The notes under the pieces are model-generated. The model searched no databases, was not told the origin of the DNA, and saw only the letters and a list, made by a program, of their open reading frames with translations. The position numbers and the translations under genes are program-made. Of a stretch of 64,000 nucleotides of DNA, positions 28,601 through 43,502 are shown piece by piece. How positions within the stretch are numbered: the stretch's first letter is position 1; every line of letters starts with the position of its first letter. Origin of the DNA: Lama guanicoe (lineage: Eukaryota); assembly GCA_013239625.1 (NCBI GenBank), contig MU056000.1:8037214-8101213 (forward strand), written 5' to 3'.

Positions 28601-31149
28601 GGTGCTTTTGTAATACACAGCACAAGAAACACACACAGGTCCGTTTGGGAGTAGCTTTTAGAGACTTTGGGTATTTTACTTTAGTTACTCTACAGAAAAT
28701 GCAAAGCATTGCACAAATACAAAAATACATATATGCACATACATGGATATGTGTATGACATGTACATATACATAGGTGTGTGCAGTGATTTCTGCCATAT
28801 ATTTAGAATACATATAAGTAGAAACTATTATTATAGATATGTTCTGTGTAACATAGACTACATATATGACAAATTTTTAAAAATTTCAAAATGCAAGTTG
28901 GTTAAATACAGTAGTAGGAGGGCTTCTGATGTGGGCATGGTTGCAAATTAACTCAATTATGAAAGATTTTAAGTTATTAATTATTTCAGGTTATTTGCAC
29001 ATCTACTAAAACAGTTGGTCTTCCCATAATCTCTCCTGCTTGGGTAAAAAGAAAAATGTTTCAAAGCAGCATCATATTTATTAAGGCAGAGATGCTGGTG
29101 AACTAGAATCATTGAACTGAGGCTGACACTTAAAGTGAGGGGCCAGCACAGACGTCTGTTTGCCCAAATTAACCCACACCCATGACCTAAACTGCGTAAG
29201 CCCTGCGAAAAGACCCAGGAATTATTTTATCATCGATGCGCCGCTGACACTAAGTTCAGAGGCACGGAGGCTGGGGAGGGGAGCTCACAGCACGGGGCAG
29301 ACAGGAGCTAGGCAAGCCACGGTGCAGGTGACCAGCAAATGCAGGGCTGCGTGTGTCTCCCTCTCTATTCCCACCCTGTCCTTTCCTTCTGATTCGACAT
29401 CGTACCTAAGAGCATTTTGCCAGGAGATGCCTCTTTCTAACAGCCATCTATGTGATCCATAGCATGGAAGAAAGAAGACAGATTCCCAGGATTCAGGGCC
29501 AGAGGAACATTTGGCTGCAATTACCTGCCCCGGTTCTCGAGGGAAAGGGGAATTGTCCTGGGAGTTGACTCAACGCTGGGGCCCCCAAACGAGTCCCATT
29601 TTAATCTGTTCCTCTTCAGATCTCTAGAACGTTCACTTTACCTCCAACCTCTAACGTCTCGTCTCAGGTATTCATTTACATACTTCCTGGGGTTCTAATC
29701 CCAAGTGAAAAGAAGCTTGTAAGGTGTTCTAGTTAATTTATTATTAAAAAAATCTCACGGACCCTTATTAAAAAAAAAAGTGGGGTAAAAATCCCTCCTC
29801 AGGGAACCATCACCAGGTCCCCAGTGCCTCCCGAATGTGGTCACACCTCCTGAGAGTCAGTTTAGGAGAGCAGACCTCAGACCACGAGCAGCCTTCATCT
29901 CATGTGCATCCCCGGTGCCTGCCCTAAGCTGCACCTTATCCACCCCAGGACTCATGGCATCACCGGACACTTGCTCATAACTGACGTGTTACGCTCCCCT
30001 CCCTAGCCAGACGCCTCTTCTCCTATGTGCACCTGTCCAGGTGCACTTTCTAAACCCAACCTCAGATGCTGTCTCCTTCAAGAGCCCTTTTCTGATCCTC
30101 CTACCTGGACGTGCCTCTCCCTACAAGGATGCCCCCAGCCTGGCCCTCTCTCTGCTCTGGGCATGACTAGCTACTTCTGAACCGATGTCACTTCTACCCC
30201 CTTCCAGGCAAGGCAGACCCCTGGAGTCATGACTTCCATCTTATTTATATGAGAATGCCCGGCAGAGCTGGGCTGACAAGATTCTCCCTAGTCACAGCAG
30301 TCATAATTTACTGGGCCCTTTTAACAAGCAGGCTTGCTAATAAGTAATTGACAGGCACGACCGCAGCCTCATATGGTCCTCATGATGACTCTATAATGGC
30401 TGCGGGAGTGCTGTCCCCACTAGAGGATGTGCGAACAATCTCAGAGAAGCATGACTTCACCGCAGGACCCTTGCACTAGCTGTTCCCTCTGCCTGGTACA
30501 TTCTTCCCCAGATATCCATCCACAGTGGCTCTCTGCTTCAGGTGTCTGCTCAGTGGAGACCTCGTCGTGGAGAGCTCGGCCACCCTGCCCGATGACAGCC
30601 CTCCTTGCCTGACTCTTCTCACCATCTAAAAACCGATCAGTAGCAGACCATTACCTCTAAGCGGACAGGGGCTGTGGCTTCCGTTGTTCACAGGTGGGCG
30701 TCCAGCACCTAGAAGAGGGTCCAGCACAAAAGAGGTGCCCAGGAAACACCTGCTGAACTGCACCCCACTACCCAAGGTCACACCGCTCGTAAGTAATGAA
30801 ACCAAGACATGCACCACGTCTGCCCAGCCCCCCATCCGTGCTGTTAACCACCGTCTCCTGTATCTGTCAAACTCAACTGCATGAACAATGATTTCTTCTC
30901 CATCTGCAATTAAGTCCAACTGTCTTACTCATGTTTCTACTTGTTCTGTCCTTAAATATTAGAATTACTCAGGCTCCTTTGGAACTTCCCCAACGTTCCG
31001 TTGATGACGGTCAGCATTCTTGTGTGGAGCCCCACCTTCCCTTCTTGCTGGCCTGCTGCCCAGCTGCGCCCGCCCGCAGGGACTTCACTGCCCCCCAAGT
31101 CAGTATCCATTGTTTCCTGGGTACCATGTTTCCCTCTTGTTTGATGCCT

Positions 31150-31900
31150 TTATTCAGCTAGAGTACATCCTTCAATTGCAGTAACTTTCCAGGAAAGAGT
31201 GCGTAGGAGTTAGATTTTTATGAGTACCTACAAGTCTGAAAATACCTGATACTTTCTTGTAGATGGTGGATAATCTGGCTCCGTGTGGATTTCAGGCGGA
31301 AACTTATTTTCCCTCAGAACTTTGAGGGCATCACCTAATTGCTCCTCATCCTCTACTATTACTACTGCAAGTCGGGTGGCATCTGTTTTATTCCTCCCAG
31401 AGGTTTTAGGGTCTTTTTACATTGGTGCTATGAAATTTCACGATGCAGAATATAAAATATTTTCTATTCCAAGCACAGGGTGCTTCCTAGGAAGACACAG
31501 GTCCCCCGGCTCTAAGAAATCATTCTGTACTGCTTCCTGGATAATTTGCTTCCCCCCATTTTCATCCTGAGACTGCAGTCATATGTCAGATCTCCTGGAT
31601 TTGCCCTTTATGGCTCTTTCTGCTTTATTCTCATTTTCTGTCTCCTTCCCTTTATGTTCTGCCTTCCCAGTCATCTCTGTACCTATTTCCCACTCATGCT
31701 ACCACATTTTTTATGTGGGTAGTTATATTTCTACAGCCTAAAAAGATTTTCTTGTTCTTTGATCCTTTCACCCATCAATCCAGCTCTTACTTAATAAACA
31801 GAAGATCTTAACTCCTTCTCAGTACTGAACCTAAAGTTTTGGCTTGTTTCTTTTAATCTCCTTTTTCTCCCCCTGTAAATCATCGGTTTCTACTGACAGC
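31150..31900 (-). mobile_element. Old degenerate L1 (L1M/L1ME-type) internal fragment; boundaries approximate
   Basis: T-rich tract with gtctgaaaat and ttattttccctcagaactttgagggcatc, typical of antisense old L1. Confidence 0.5.
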
Positions 31901-34459
31901 TCATGTTTTCTGGTTTTTTTTTTTTTTCTTGCCACTAATTCACGCAAATGCCTCAGTAATCCGGCTAATTTGAGAAAGAGAAACTCAGGGGCAGCTTCCT
32001 CTGCTACAATATAAATAGAAGTGTCTCCCACTGCGTGTCCCTGTGTTAGAATTTCTGATGAGGGCAGGGCACATGGGCTGGTGGTCTTCCTTCAGGAAAG
32101 GCTGGCGGGCAGCTCTGAGCACCCCCTGCCAGCCCACCAGCCAACATGCCTGTATGAAATGGACTTCACCTGGGCCTCGAGCAGCCATAACTGAAGTCTA
32201 ACTTGCCAGGTAGTGTGTTCAGTTTCTTCAAAGCACACTCCTGGTCTTCACCTTGGAGTGAGCACTGGCCACTGGGTCACCGACTTGGAGGGAGGGAGAG
32301 GAGGCAGTAGGAGGGGGAGCCAACTTAAGATTGTCTCGAGTGCTGACTTTCAATGAACCTCTCACTTCTCTTCCCACTCCCAGCTCAACTCTGATGGCTG
32401 AGCCTGTGCAAGCACTCACTGAAGACAGCCAGTCCACCTCCGCCAGGCTGATGGAGCAAATTCTTGGGAGAAACGTCTGCATTTCCATTGCTTATCACTC
32501 CTACCTACTTTGCTTTCTAGAAAAATGTTAATATGGCTTGCTTATTGGTGACACCCACCCACTGGCCTCTGTTTTCTTGTCTTATCTGTGGATTTATTTT
32601 CCATTTTAACTCTCAACTTGTTTTCAGAAAGTTAAGTTTTGGAGGGTCTGAGACATAGGGGAGACAAATGAGTGAAGAGAGTATGTAATTTTAACTGTTG
32701 TCTAGGATACACTGTTATTTTTCAAATTTACATTTTCCCAGTTAAATTATAGCATGACCAAAATCATATAAGTATCAATAATATGGGAAAGGCTTGCACA
32801 TAAAGATGCCACTCTCCTACAAAAAGAATAAAAAAGACCTGTTTACCCCATTTTAACCAGCAAGGTCACCATGTAGCAGGGACAGAAGGGAAGATATTAA
32901 TTTCTGTGAATCAATAAAAAAGAAAGACATCAGGAAAGCCTTTTAGGCCCCTACCATCCCAAACATTTAGTTCCAGATCCAGCTACTAACTTACAGAAAC
33001 TGAATTTTAAACCAACACTCTCCTTGCTGTCTGACACAGATGGACATCAACTGGACAGAAATCAGATACCAGCATAAGAGTGACCAGAAGCTGCATGAAG
33101 AGATTTTAAAAGGAAGGTCTGATCACCTTTCTGTGAGTCCTGGGTCCTTAGGCAGATGGAGGCTGTCAAATGGGACCAAGGACAGACAAGGTTTGCTAAA
33201 GAGATTTTAGTACCTGCCCTCCCTGGAGAGAATGCATGGAGAGGGTGGGTTTCCATGAAACCACTCAGGTGCGGGCACTTTGTGGGTGGAAGCCGGAGAG
33301 AGTCAATGTGTGGGTTTCAGCCCCCCCTCCACAAGTGTGCTGGGGTGCAGGATGGCAGAGTGCACGGTGCAGGAGAGAGAGCTACTTCACATTCTGAGCA
33401 GGAGATGCCTGGGCTCAGAGAGCAAGAGCTTCACAGGAGGGGCTGGGGCTGCGGGCACGGCCAGCGGGGACGCAATGGGTGAAACGCTGGAGGGCTCTCC
33501 AGTGAGGCCTCATTCCAAAGAACCCCCGGACGTTCCGGTGGACAGTCAGCTGTAGCCATTTTTGAAAGAAGAGTAAAGTGTTGATTGGTATCACAGGCTG
33601 ATCACATTCTAATTAGTAAATCTAAACTATGTTGTTTTTTTTTAAGTTAAGGGCGAGCCAGAAGGTTCACGTGAATTGTTCAAGTGTTTGTCCCCAGGCA
33701 GGGAAGAATCACCTTCAGGAAATGCAGTGTAAAGGGGCAGAAGCAGCCAGATATCACGTTGCATTCCGACCACATCCCAAGGGCTCCGTGATAAGCAAAC
33801 TCCCTCACTCATTACCTGAGCAGACTTCACGTTTCCTTTGAGAACCTGACAGCAGAGACTTGCAAAGCTTTTATCTAGGATTAGGCTTTTTTTCCCCTTT
33901 TCTTTCTTACAACAGGTCCACCTGGAAGCATTAACAAACCAGGGAAGGGACCTGAGATCTCCAAATACGCGGAATGTGGGGTTGATAGTGTGTGATCCCC
34001 TCCAAATAATGAGTCTGATATCTGTCTGGCAGGGGAACAGGATGCACGCGACTGGACCAAATTCCTCTCTGTGTTCGATCAATGTTGATTACAATCATTG
34101 ATTAAGAATCTTCACTTAATTCATTTCATTTTTACCTAAAAGTAAGCTTCTGGTGTTTGACTTAACTTTAATACATATTTACAACTCAGATTTCTATTTT
34201 TAACAGGATTCACTTTGCTCTAAACCAGAAAATGAAAGGATTACGTTATCATCTTTACAAAATTGAACAAAAATTGGTACTGGTGGTCATATTCAATTGG
34301 ATGTTGACACATTTTTGAGATATTTTTGCTTCTTCAAAATTACTAGTCATTTAAATAAGTTGAAAACTTACATTGTATTCCTACATCCTTGGTGTTTTTC
34401 TTCAATACACAAAATATATCGCCTCTATCCAAATATCACATATATTTAAAAGTAGAGAG

Positions 34460-34680
34460 ATGCTGGATTCAAGGTGATCTAGGTTCAAATCACTTCCCTG
34501 TCATTTCCAGCCAAAGAAACCTTCAGCAAGGAACTTATCATTGATAAGCCTCAGTTTCCAAATCTGTAGAATGGGGGTAAAAATCACAGCTCCCTCATTA
34601 AGTTGTTGGAAATGACAAGAGACATAGGTTGCCAACTATCTAGAAAATTGCCTGGCATGTAGCAAATGTTTTATATTGCA
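34460..34680 (+). mobile_element. MIR SINE
   Basis: ctaggttcaaatc...agcctcagtttccaaatctgtagaatgggg...tgcctggcatgtagcaa. Confidence 0.8.
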
Positions 34681-36149
34681 ATCTTTTTTTTACATAATTT
34701 TAGTCATCATGCATAAAGTGAATATATTTCACTTTTAAATCAGAAAATATAAAATTAAGCAACCTGTCAGGAGAAAAACGTAAAAACAAGTTATGCCATT
34801 TATTTAAATTTCTTCTTCCTCTACCTTTTTTTTTTTTTCTCTTCCTCTACCTTTTAGAAGTGACAATTTTCAGGCTGCCCCATTTCAAAACAAGTGGGGG
34901 AAAGTTTTGACACCTGGATCTGCGAGCGGGTAAGGACTACTCCAATGCCTTCCGAAATGTTTCCCTGCCAACTTTTTCTTTATAAATCCATCCTCCACAC
35001 AAGTCCCAGAATGGAATTTTTAACATCCCTACATGATCATGTCATCCCTTCCGTTGGAGGATGAAATTCCCAGCCCTTGCCTCTCCTCCCCTGCATCTTC
35101 CACTGTCCGGCACCATCCAGTTCTTGCCAGGAAATGCTGATCTGCGGGCAGTCTCCACCCCTTCCCACCCCCACTCCTCACCACCCTTCTCTATGCTTCG
35201 CCCCAGCTGTGCTTTCTCACCAGTTCCGTCTACACCGCACTTCTCGTTAGTTCCGTCTATACTGCTTAGGTTTGGAGTCCCTGCACCAAGGAAGCACGCG
35301 TGGCACACATCTGACCCCTGCTGCGGGACACTCCTCTAGTGTATTTCCTCGGTAACCAACTTCTGTCTCGCTCTAATGCTGGGTCTGAAACTGTCAACTC
35401 TTGTATCTGCTCCCAAACTAGCCCTCCTGAGGGCAAAGATCACCCCTCACACATTTCCGTAGGCCCAACACTGAAAACTGGTGTGTCTGGGGACGCAAAA
35501 TTGCTGCTTTGTGTCTGAAGCTAGAATGAACGACTTCTTTCTTGTACATCCAGGTTAGTACGGTTGGTATCATTAGATGATATGAGTGAAATTTTATTGC
35601 ACAGAAAATGTGCTCATACTTTAAATACATTATCTTACTTACACCTGAAGTAATGAGAGAAGAGAGACACTACTGAGAACCCCGCGATGAGAGAACAATT
35701 TCTAACAGGTGAGCCATGCCCATCACCTCAGGGACCTCTGACAAGGCAGAGGTGGGTTTCCGCTCAGCCACCACCGTATGCTGAGAAAAGAAATGGTTTT
35801 AAAAAAGAAGAAGAAGAAAGAAAAAGTTCTAAGAGCTCTCTGGGCTCTGATGCCATAATATCTGAGAAATGACACTGTTCTAGGTTTAATCTGAATTATG
35901 TTTCCCCAGATAGGTGGAACTCAGAAAGCCCTGGCCAGACTTTATAAAGTTTGGCCACTTAGAAGATCTGGAGCAAAATGTGGATGTGTGCTCCTTAACA
36001 AGTGCCCGCAAAGACTGATGACCTGAAGTCCTCAAGACGGAACTTCTAAATTCCTGCAAATGTTTTATAGCTAAAGAGGAAAAGCTTCTGGAAAACAATA
36101 CACATGTTTTCAGTCTCTAGTTTTTCTCCTCTGCTCTCTCTTGGATGCC

Positions 36150-37465
36150 ATTCCCTCTTTTCAGTAGGATTTTACCACCACCCTTCACTGAAACTGCTCC
36201 TTCAAGGCCATCAGTGAGCATACACTGCTAAACCAAGGTCATAGATCAGTCTTCCTCTGTCTTGACTTGTTAATCGCATTGGACATAGTTGATTGATCTC
36301 CTACCTTGAGATACACTCTTCTCTTGGCTTCTAAGAAATGACACTGACCTACACTTCTGACTTATCTCTTTCTTTTGCTGGTTACTGCTCAAATTCCTAA
36401 GCCTTTACATTTGTGGGGGGCATGTGGCTGGACCTCACCTCTCTAGGCCTACTTCCTAGGGAACATCTTCTAGACTCACGGTTTCAAATACCATCTACTT
36501 GCCAATGACTCCCTAATTTTTACCTCCAGCCTGGGCTTCTCCCTTGAACTCCAACCTGTGTATCCAACTGTCTACTGCACCTGTGCATTCCGACAGATAT
36601 CACATGTTAAAACCAAGATCTTAACCAGCAATGTCCCCAAAACCAACCAGATCCCTCTGCATTCTGCCCCATCTCAGTCGATGGCAACTCCATTCTTCTG
36701 GTTGTTGAGTTGGTGGCATCTTTGAGTCCTCTTTCTCTTTCGATCATCACTTATGAGAAAGCCAGGTCAGCTCTACCACATATACAGAATCAGAATTACA
36801 CTACTTTTCATAACCTCCAGTGCTACCATCCTGGCCCAAGCCGTCCTCATCTCTTGCTTACATTACCGTAATTACCTCCCAACCCGTCCTCTCGCTTTCG
36901 CCCTTGATCTCCTACAGTGTATACTGGACACAGCAGCCAGTGACCCTGTAATAAACTCAGATTGTGCCACTCCTCTGCTCAAATCCTCAGTAGCTCCTGT
37001 GGATAGGGTAGAGCCAGCACCCTCAAGTCTTAATCAAGACTTTTGAGGCCCTCTCTGGTCTCACTTTCCGCCCCTACTTTGCTGGTCACTGACTTCGTTT
37101 CATTTCTCTGCTCTCTTGCTCTCTGATCCAGCCCTGCTAGTCTTCTTGCTGCTCTGCAAACATATTAGACACCCTCCATTTACCAGCCTTTGAACTTGCT
37201 GTTCCTTGTGTTCAGAACGGCCTTCCCCTACATATTCAAATGGCCAGCCACCTCACTTCCATCATGATTGACTCAAAAGTCACCTTCTAATTAAAGCTTT
37301 CCCTGGCCTCTTGGCCAAAAACTCTTGTGATTTTTGTCTTCTCCAGCTGAAATGAGGCCAGGGACTTTGGATCATATTGATCAATTATGTATTCTCAGGG
37401 TCTAAGTCAGTGCCAGTACATAAAAGGTGCTTGCTTAATATATAATTAAAGGAATTAATTAATTC
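36150..37465 (+). mobile_element. L2 LINE, long 3' fragment
   Basis: cactgaaactgctc, gtttcaaataccatcta, ccatctcagtcgatggcaactccatt, tttgaacttgctgttcc and an L2-like tail. Confidence 0.85.
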
Positions 37466-38329
37466 AATAGTGAAAGTCACCGCCTATCCCGTCTTCACAC
37501 TTCCTAGTTATCAATGACAAATCTCCAAAATCACAACCCTGAAAACGCAAAAGCTGTTTTTCAGTCTTGACTTTAACTGTGCTTTCAATTAACAAACCAG
37601 GTGGCTCCGAACTTGACGACGCCTGGAACGGTATCAAGCACACAGACTTAGGTATGGAATCCAGAAACTCCAAAATTCCCGATCTCTCACAAACGTTAGA
37701 ATCTGTCCCCACACTTCTCCTGGGCCAAAGTTTGCTAATTTCTAAATAGGGCCAACGATCTGATGCAACCCAAGTATTTATGCAGAGTGACAGAATAATT
37801 TTAAACTCCAAAACTTCCAGCAGCTATTTGCATGAAAAAAACTTTGAATATTTAAAAGTATGCATTTTAAACAAAGTAATTCCAACACCAAAAGTGCTCA
37901 CTGTAGCTCAAAAATTAAGACCCTTCAATGGCACGTTGATTTTTTTGTTTTCCCCCACCAGGTAGCCAAAATGAAATACTGGTCAGAGAATTTAAACAGA
38001 TGGAAATGAGGAGGGATGAGAAAACACGTGGGATTGTGCTGATCAACTGAAGTTCTCTCGTTTCTGGCCAAAGTTTCCCTTCTGCTAAACACACACACAC
38101 ACGCCACATCATATCCTCAGAAACATTATTCCAGATATTAGAGTAAAAGCGATTTTCACAACATATTCACTTGTAAAGCTCTTCCTAATCCAATGATATA
38201 AGGAGCTGCCAGGCTCTTTCCCTGCCTCACTCATACTCCCCCAACCTCCCCACCAGACCCACACTCCCTATTTTTACTAAAGCGATGCTGTGGCACATGT
38301 ACAAGTGTATCATGTGTGACCCCTGGGAG

Positions 38330-38500
38330 AAAGACCTAGGAGCTAGGACTCCTGGTTTCTTTCCTCAGGTATGTGCAGGAAATGGAATGGCCTTTGGCAA
38401 GTCACCCAGACTCTCTGTGACTCAGTTTCCTCTTCTCTCAGGTGGCTGGGAAGGTGTCAGGCTTGAGCCTGCCACTAGCTGAGTTGCCAGGATCTAGTAA
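38330..38500 (+). mobile_element. MIR/MIR3 fragment
   Basis: ggcctttggcaagtcacccagactctctgtgactcagtttcctc. Confidence 0.6.
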
Positions 38501-39684
38501 CTTAGTTTACAAACTTCTATAACAAAGCTACAGAAACAAAGTTGCCAAGTATGTGTCCTGGCCCCTTCTTCCAACATAATAGCTATATTAATACTGTCCT
38601 TGGGTTAGCACCAATGACTGTTCCTTCCGCAATTCTATTAAAGAGAGGGGAAGAGTGAGTGAGAGTAAACACACCAGCATAATTTGGGGGCAGCAGAATT
38701 CCAGCCTGCATCCTGTCACACCAGGCCAGTCCACACGGGCAATTACTGTGCTGAATTTAAAAAGCCCTTGGACACCTGCCTCCCGTATGCAACAAGTTCC
38801 TTTTTTCACCCTGTTTATCTCCACGGTCATCTATCTGTGTCACGAAGGGAACCATATGAGTGCAGCATCTGTTACTAGACTGACACAATTACCAAATACT
38901 TTCATAAGAGGAAAAAAATAACCGACAATAAATCCAGATTCGCTGTCAGGTGTTTTAGGAGACAAAACATCAGTCTTTCAATCACAGTGTCTCGTTTAAG
39001 CTGAACATATGGTGCCACCAGCAGAGAATCACCAGCTCAGCTCGGTCTTTGACGGGCATAATGACCACAGAAATGTCATCTCCTCTGAATTGGCAGAGAA
39101 AAGCAGGCTTCTCACAGCCCCAGTCCAGCCCCTGAGTCCCCATAATAAGCAGGCAACAAACTCAAGAGACTTTCTCATTGGTTCCTTTTCCCCCATTGTT
39201 GGAATCTACGTAAATTCAATGACAGGTAGGGGAGCGTCCTTTACTTCTCAGACTTAGACAAAATATCATAAATTCAAGCCACAATGAAGTCATAAAAATT
39301 CAAGGCAATTTTTCATCATTGGTTACTTTTCCACTCCTATTAAAACTTATGTAAATTGAACGCCTGCTTTGGGAATACGCCGTATTTTTTCTACACCTAA
39401 ATGTAGATAACTATCCGTGATCATAGAAATACTGTGCTATTTATTCTCTTCGCTCTTTTTCCGGATACAATCAACAGGTCTGTGTGATTCTTTATTCAAC
39501 TGGACTTAAAGGATGGGTGTCTTAGTTTTCAGATGGAAGGGAGGGAGGGAGAGAGAGAGGGAGAAAGAAACACTAGAGTTTGAGAGATTGCAGTACTTCC
39601 AAAAAGAACCGGCAGGTTCGAATTCAGAGGCTAACCCAGCCTACCTGGGGACGCCCTGGCATCCCCTACTTTGGGCAGATGCTA

Positions 39685-40690
<1,006 letters not shown>

Positions 40691-41639
40691 GCATTTCATT
40701 GGATACAGTTTCTGCCTCTGACATTGGCTAAGATGCATACTTATCTGGAGAACATAAGAAATAAACATACTTCGTGGAGTTTATTCTGTAGCTATTGCCC
40801 CGTTGATTCTTCTTTGTGGATGAGAAAAGTTAAAAGGAGGGAAAAAATATCAAGTCGGAAGAAATACGCTGGGTCTTTCAGTATTTAGAAAAAGCATTTC
40901 CAGAGGAGGCAGAGCAACTGTAAATGAAAGGCTTCCCTTTTCTAGATTCACCGCTGGCCTCCAAGTCTTTCAGCCTCTCTCTCTCTCTAGCTCGCTTTTA
41001 AGAGCCCCCTGCAGCTGTGTCTTCAAACTGAAAGCCAGTTGCCTCTCATTTATTTACAAGAACACAAAAGACAACAAGGGCTGGGGTGGAGCCAGAGAGA
41101 CAGTTGGAGGGGAAAGCACTCCCCTTGAATCTGATCCAGAGACAAATCTGCATTCGAATGAAAACACTGCATTGTCAACCACTTCTGTGCAGGAGGTCTG
41201 GGATCTTCCAGGCTTTCCCGGAGGAGCAGAAAAGTTTTTGAGAACAGGCTGGTGTGAAAAGGGGGTAGGATTGTACGCAGAAAAAGGGAGAAGCTGGGGA
41301 AGACAGGTTTTGAAATGAGGGGTGGGAACTGGGTAGGGTGGAGGAAATGGGTGAGCCGGAGGGAAGGGGGAGAGAGAGAGAGACCGAAACAGACGTTCTC
41401 TATTAAAAGTTTCAATTATGCCTCTCCACCCGTTCTGGAATGGCAATTGGCAAATGACAGACTGGGCACTTTCAGCAACGCGCACGCAGCATTCCAAAAT
41501 TTATCTGGAATGTTAGGTTCGTGTGACCATCTGAGGGAGTTAATTGAACAACATCAAAATCCTCTGTGAAGAGCAGTCTGGATGGAGAGGGAGATACATT
41601 GTGGAAGGACGTTGTGTGTGAGGTGTGTGTTTATGTATG

Positions 41640-41669
41640 ATGTATATATTTCATATATTTGTATACATG

Positions 41670-41709
<40 letters not shown>

Positions 41710-41715
41710 CATATA
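41640..41715 (+). repeat. (TA)n microsatellite with TG/CA-rich flanks
   Basis: Perfect TA run at about 41676-41703. Confidence 0.9.
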
Positions 41716-41736
41716 AATGTATTTTTATCAATCCAC

Positions 41737-42182
41737 TGACAAAGATTCTCTTTCACCAAGCTCTAGTCGGGCTCCTCTGAACTCTCTTCTCAACAAGGCC
41801 GTGTGTTGTCCAGTTTTAGCAAGAATCCTGCTAAGTCTGTTTAACCAGCACCCCCACCCCACTCTCAATGTCTGACTGCCCTCCATGTCTGTTCTAGTTC
41901 CTCACCCTTCACCAGCCCCCAGGTGACATCTCATCACTCCAGCCTGTCTTCAGCAAGAATCCCATTAGAATCCTCTTTCCATGATGTTTCCTCTTAGTAA
42001 TCTTTCAACCACCGACCCCCAACCTATTCCTCGGCCGTATATTCCCACTTTTCCTCACTGTATTCTATACCATTCTATACCGACACTTCTCCTCCTCTAT
42101 TGCAATAGTTCTTTTTTTTTTTTCTAAATAAAATCTGTATTCGTTGCTTTAACTGCTGTCCAGTTCTGGTTTTTCTTTAGCA
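41737..42182 (+). mobile_element. ERV1 solo LTR (MER31-like)
   Basis: TG...CA ends. Start tgacaaagattctct...tagtcgggctcct, ccagttttagcaagaatcctgctaagtc, and AATAAA at 42127. Confidence 0.75.
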
Positions 42183-42647
42183 TTACAAAGCAATTATTTT
42201 GAGTTCAATAGTAGGAGTGAAAGTAAAATGTAAGCTCCACGATTCTATTCAGTGATATGTCTCCAGCACCTAGAGGAAGGAGTGTTCACAGCAGAGCTAC
42301 CACCATCGTTTGTGGGATTGTTAGAGCAGGCAGGTAGCTAGACATGAGCAGAGAAAGAGGGACATGGGCCAAAGAGCAGAAAACCATACATCTTGTGGAC
42401 AACAGGGGTCCTTGGACAGACCAAGAAGAACAGGATCCTGGGGACTGATAAGAAACCAAACACTCTGGGTTGACAAGTGTCCTGGAGGCAAAACAGGTGG
42501 GACAAGACAGGAATCCCCACCATCTGAATGTAACCTTTTGATCATTATGACCTCATCTGAATGTAACTTTCACTTATGATGCCCCTCACCTGAATGTAAC
42601 CTTTTGTTCATCATGACCTCAACTAACTCCCTGGTCAAGACTAAATG

Positions 42648-42823
42648 AGGGGGAAGGGTATAGCTCAAGAGGTAGAGCACATGCTTAGCATACACAAGGT
42701 CCTGGATTCAATCTCCAGTACCTGTATTAAAAAACAAAACAAAACAAAACAAAAACTAGTAATAAATAGATCTAATGACCATCCCCGGAAAGAAACAAAA
42801 AGAATTTTTTTTAGTATTTTTAA
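42648..42823 (+). mobile_element. tRNA-derived SINE (camelid Vic-like), copy 1
   Basis: gggtatagctcaagaggtagagc (A box), ggattcaatctcc (B box), A-rich tail. Confidence 0.85.
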
Positions 42824-42838
42824 AAGTCTAAAAAAAAA

Positions 42839-42994
42839 GAGGGAGGGTATAACTCAGTGGAAGAGTGCGTGCTTAGCATGCATGAGGTCTTGAGTTCAAT
42901 CCCCAGTACTTCTATCAAAAAAAAAAATACATAAACCTAATTACCTCCCTCCAAAGCAACAACACATAAAGAAAAACAAAAATATATTTTTAAA
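42839..42994 (+). mobile_element. tRNA-derived SINE (camelid Vic-like), copy 2
   Basis: gggagggtataactcagtgg...gagttcaatccccagtac...ataaacctaattacctccc. Confidence 0.85.
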
Positions 42995-43502
42995 AAGACT
43001 AAACAAGGACAAGGAATCCCTCTTCCCTAGCTGGGAAGGTGGAGCTCGGATGAAGATCAGGGAAGAGGACCCCAAACCCCTCCCTGCCAATGAATATTCT
43101 GCCCATTCATTTTTACATCCATATAACTAGCTTGCCAAAGAAGCTCAGGGCAGCAAACCACCTGGGTCTGCCTGCCTTCCCTTGACAGGGTACTACCTAT
43201 TCCTTAATAAATCCTTGCTTCACTTTCTTGACCTCCGTGTCTTGTTTCCGAATTCTTTCTGCGACAAGACAAGAACCTTCTTGCTGACAACAGAATGAAT
43301 GAAGGAATGGTTAGTATAGCTGATCCCAAGGCTGTGGCATGAGGGCCTCCACGTAGGGAAGCTAGTGGAGAAGCTCTACAGAGCTGGCGTGCTCACTCTG
43401 GACCCCAGAGACACAATCCAGCATCATCCAGAGTCATGGGGGCGCTGCCTGGGTCCAGCTTTGCTTCTCTCATAGTAGAAGTTCTGCGCATCAGATATAC
43501 AG

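Larger units (their letters stand above)
42319..43292 (+). mobile_element. ERV solo LTR inserted in an L2 tail and interrupted by two SINEs
   Basis: tgttag...acaaca termini with ggat/gaat 4-bp flanks. TATA-like at about 43121, AATAAA at 43206, and three 33-bp internal repeats. Confidence 0.8.

Noticed and set aside
42521..42620. CRISPR-like repeat array
   Set aside because: Only three tandem units inside an LTR, with no unique spacers or cas genes, in mammalian DNA.
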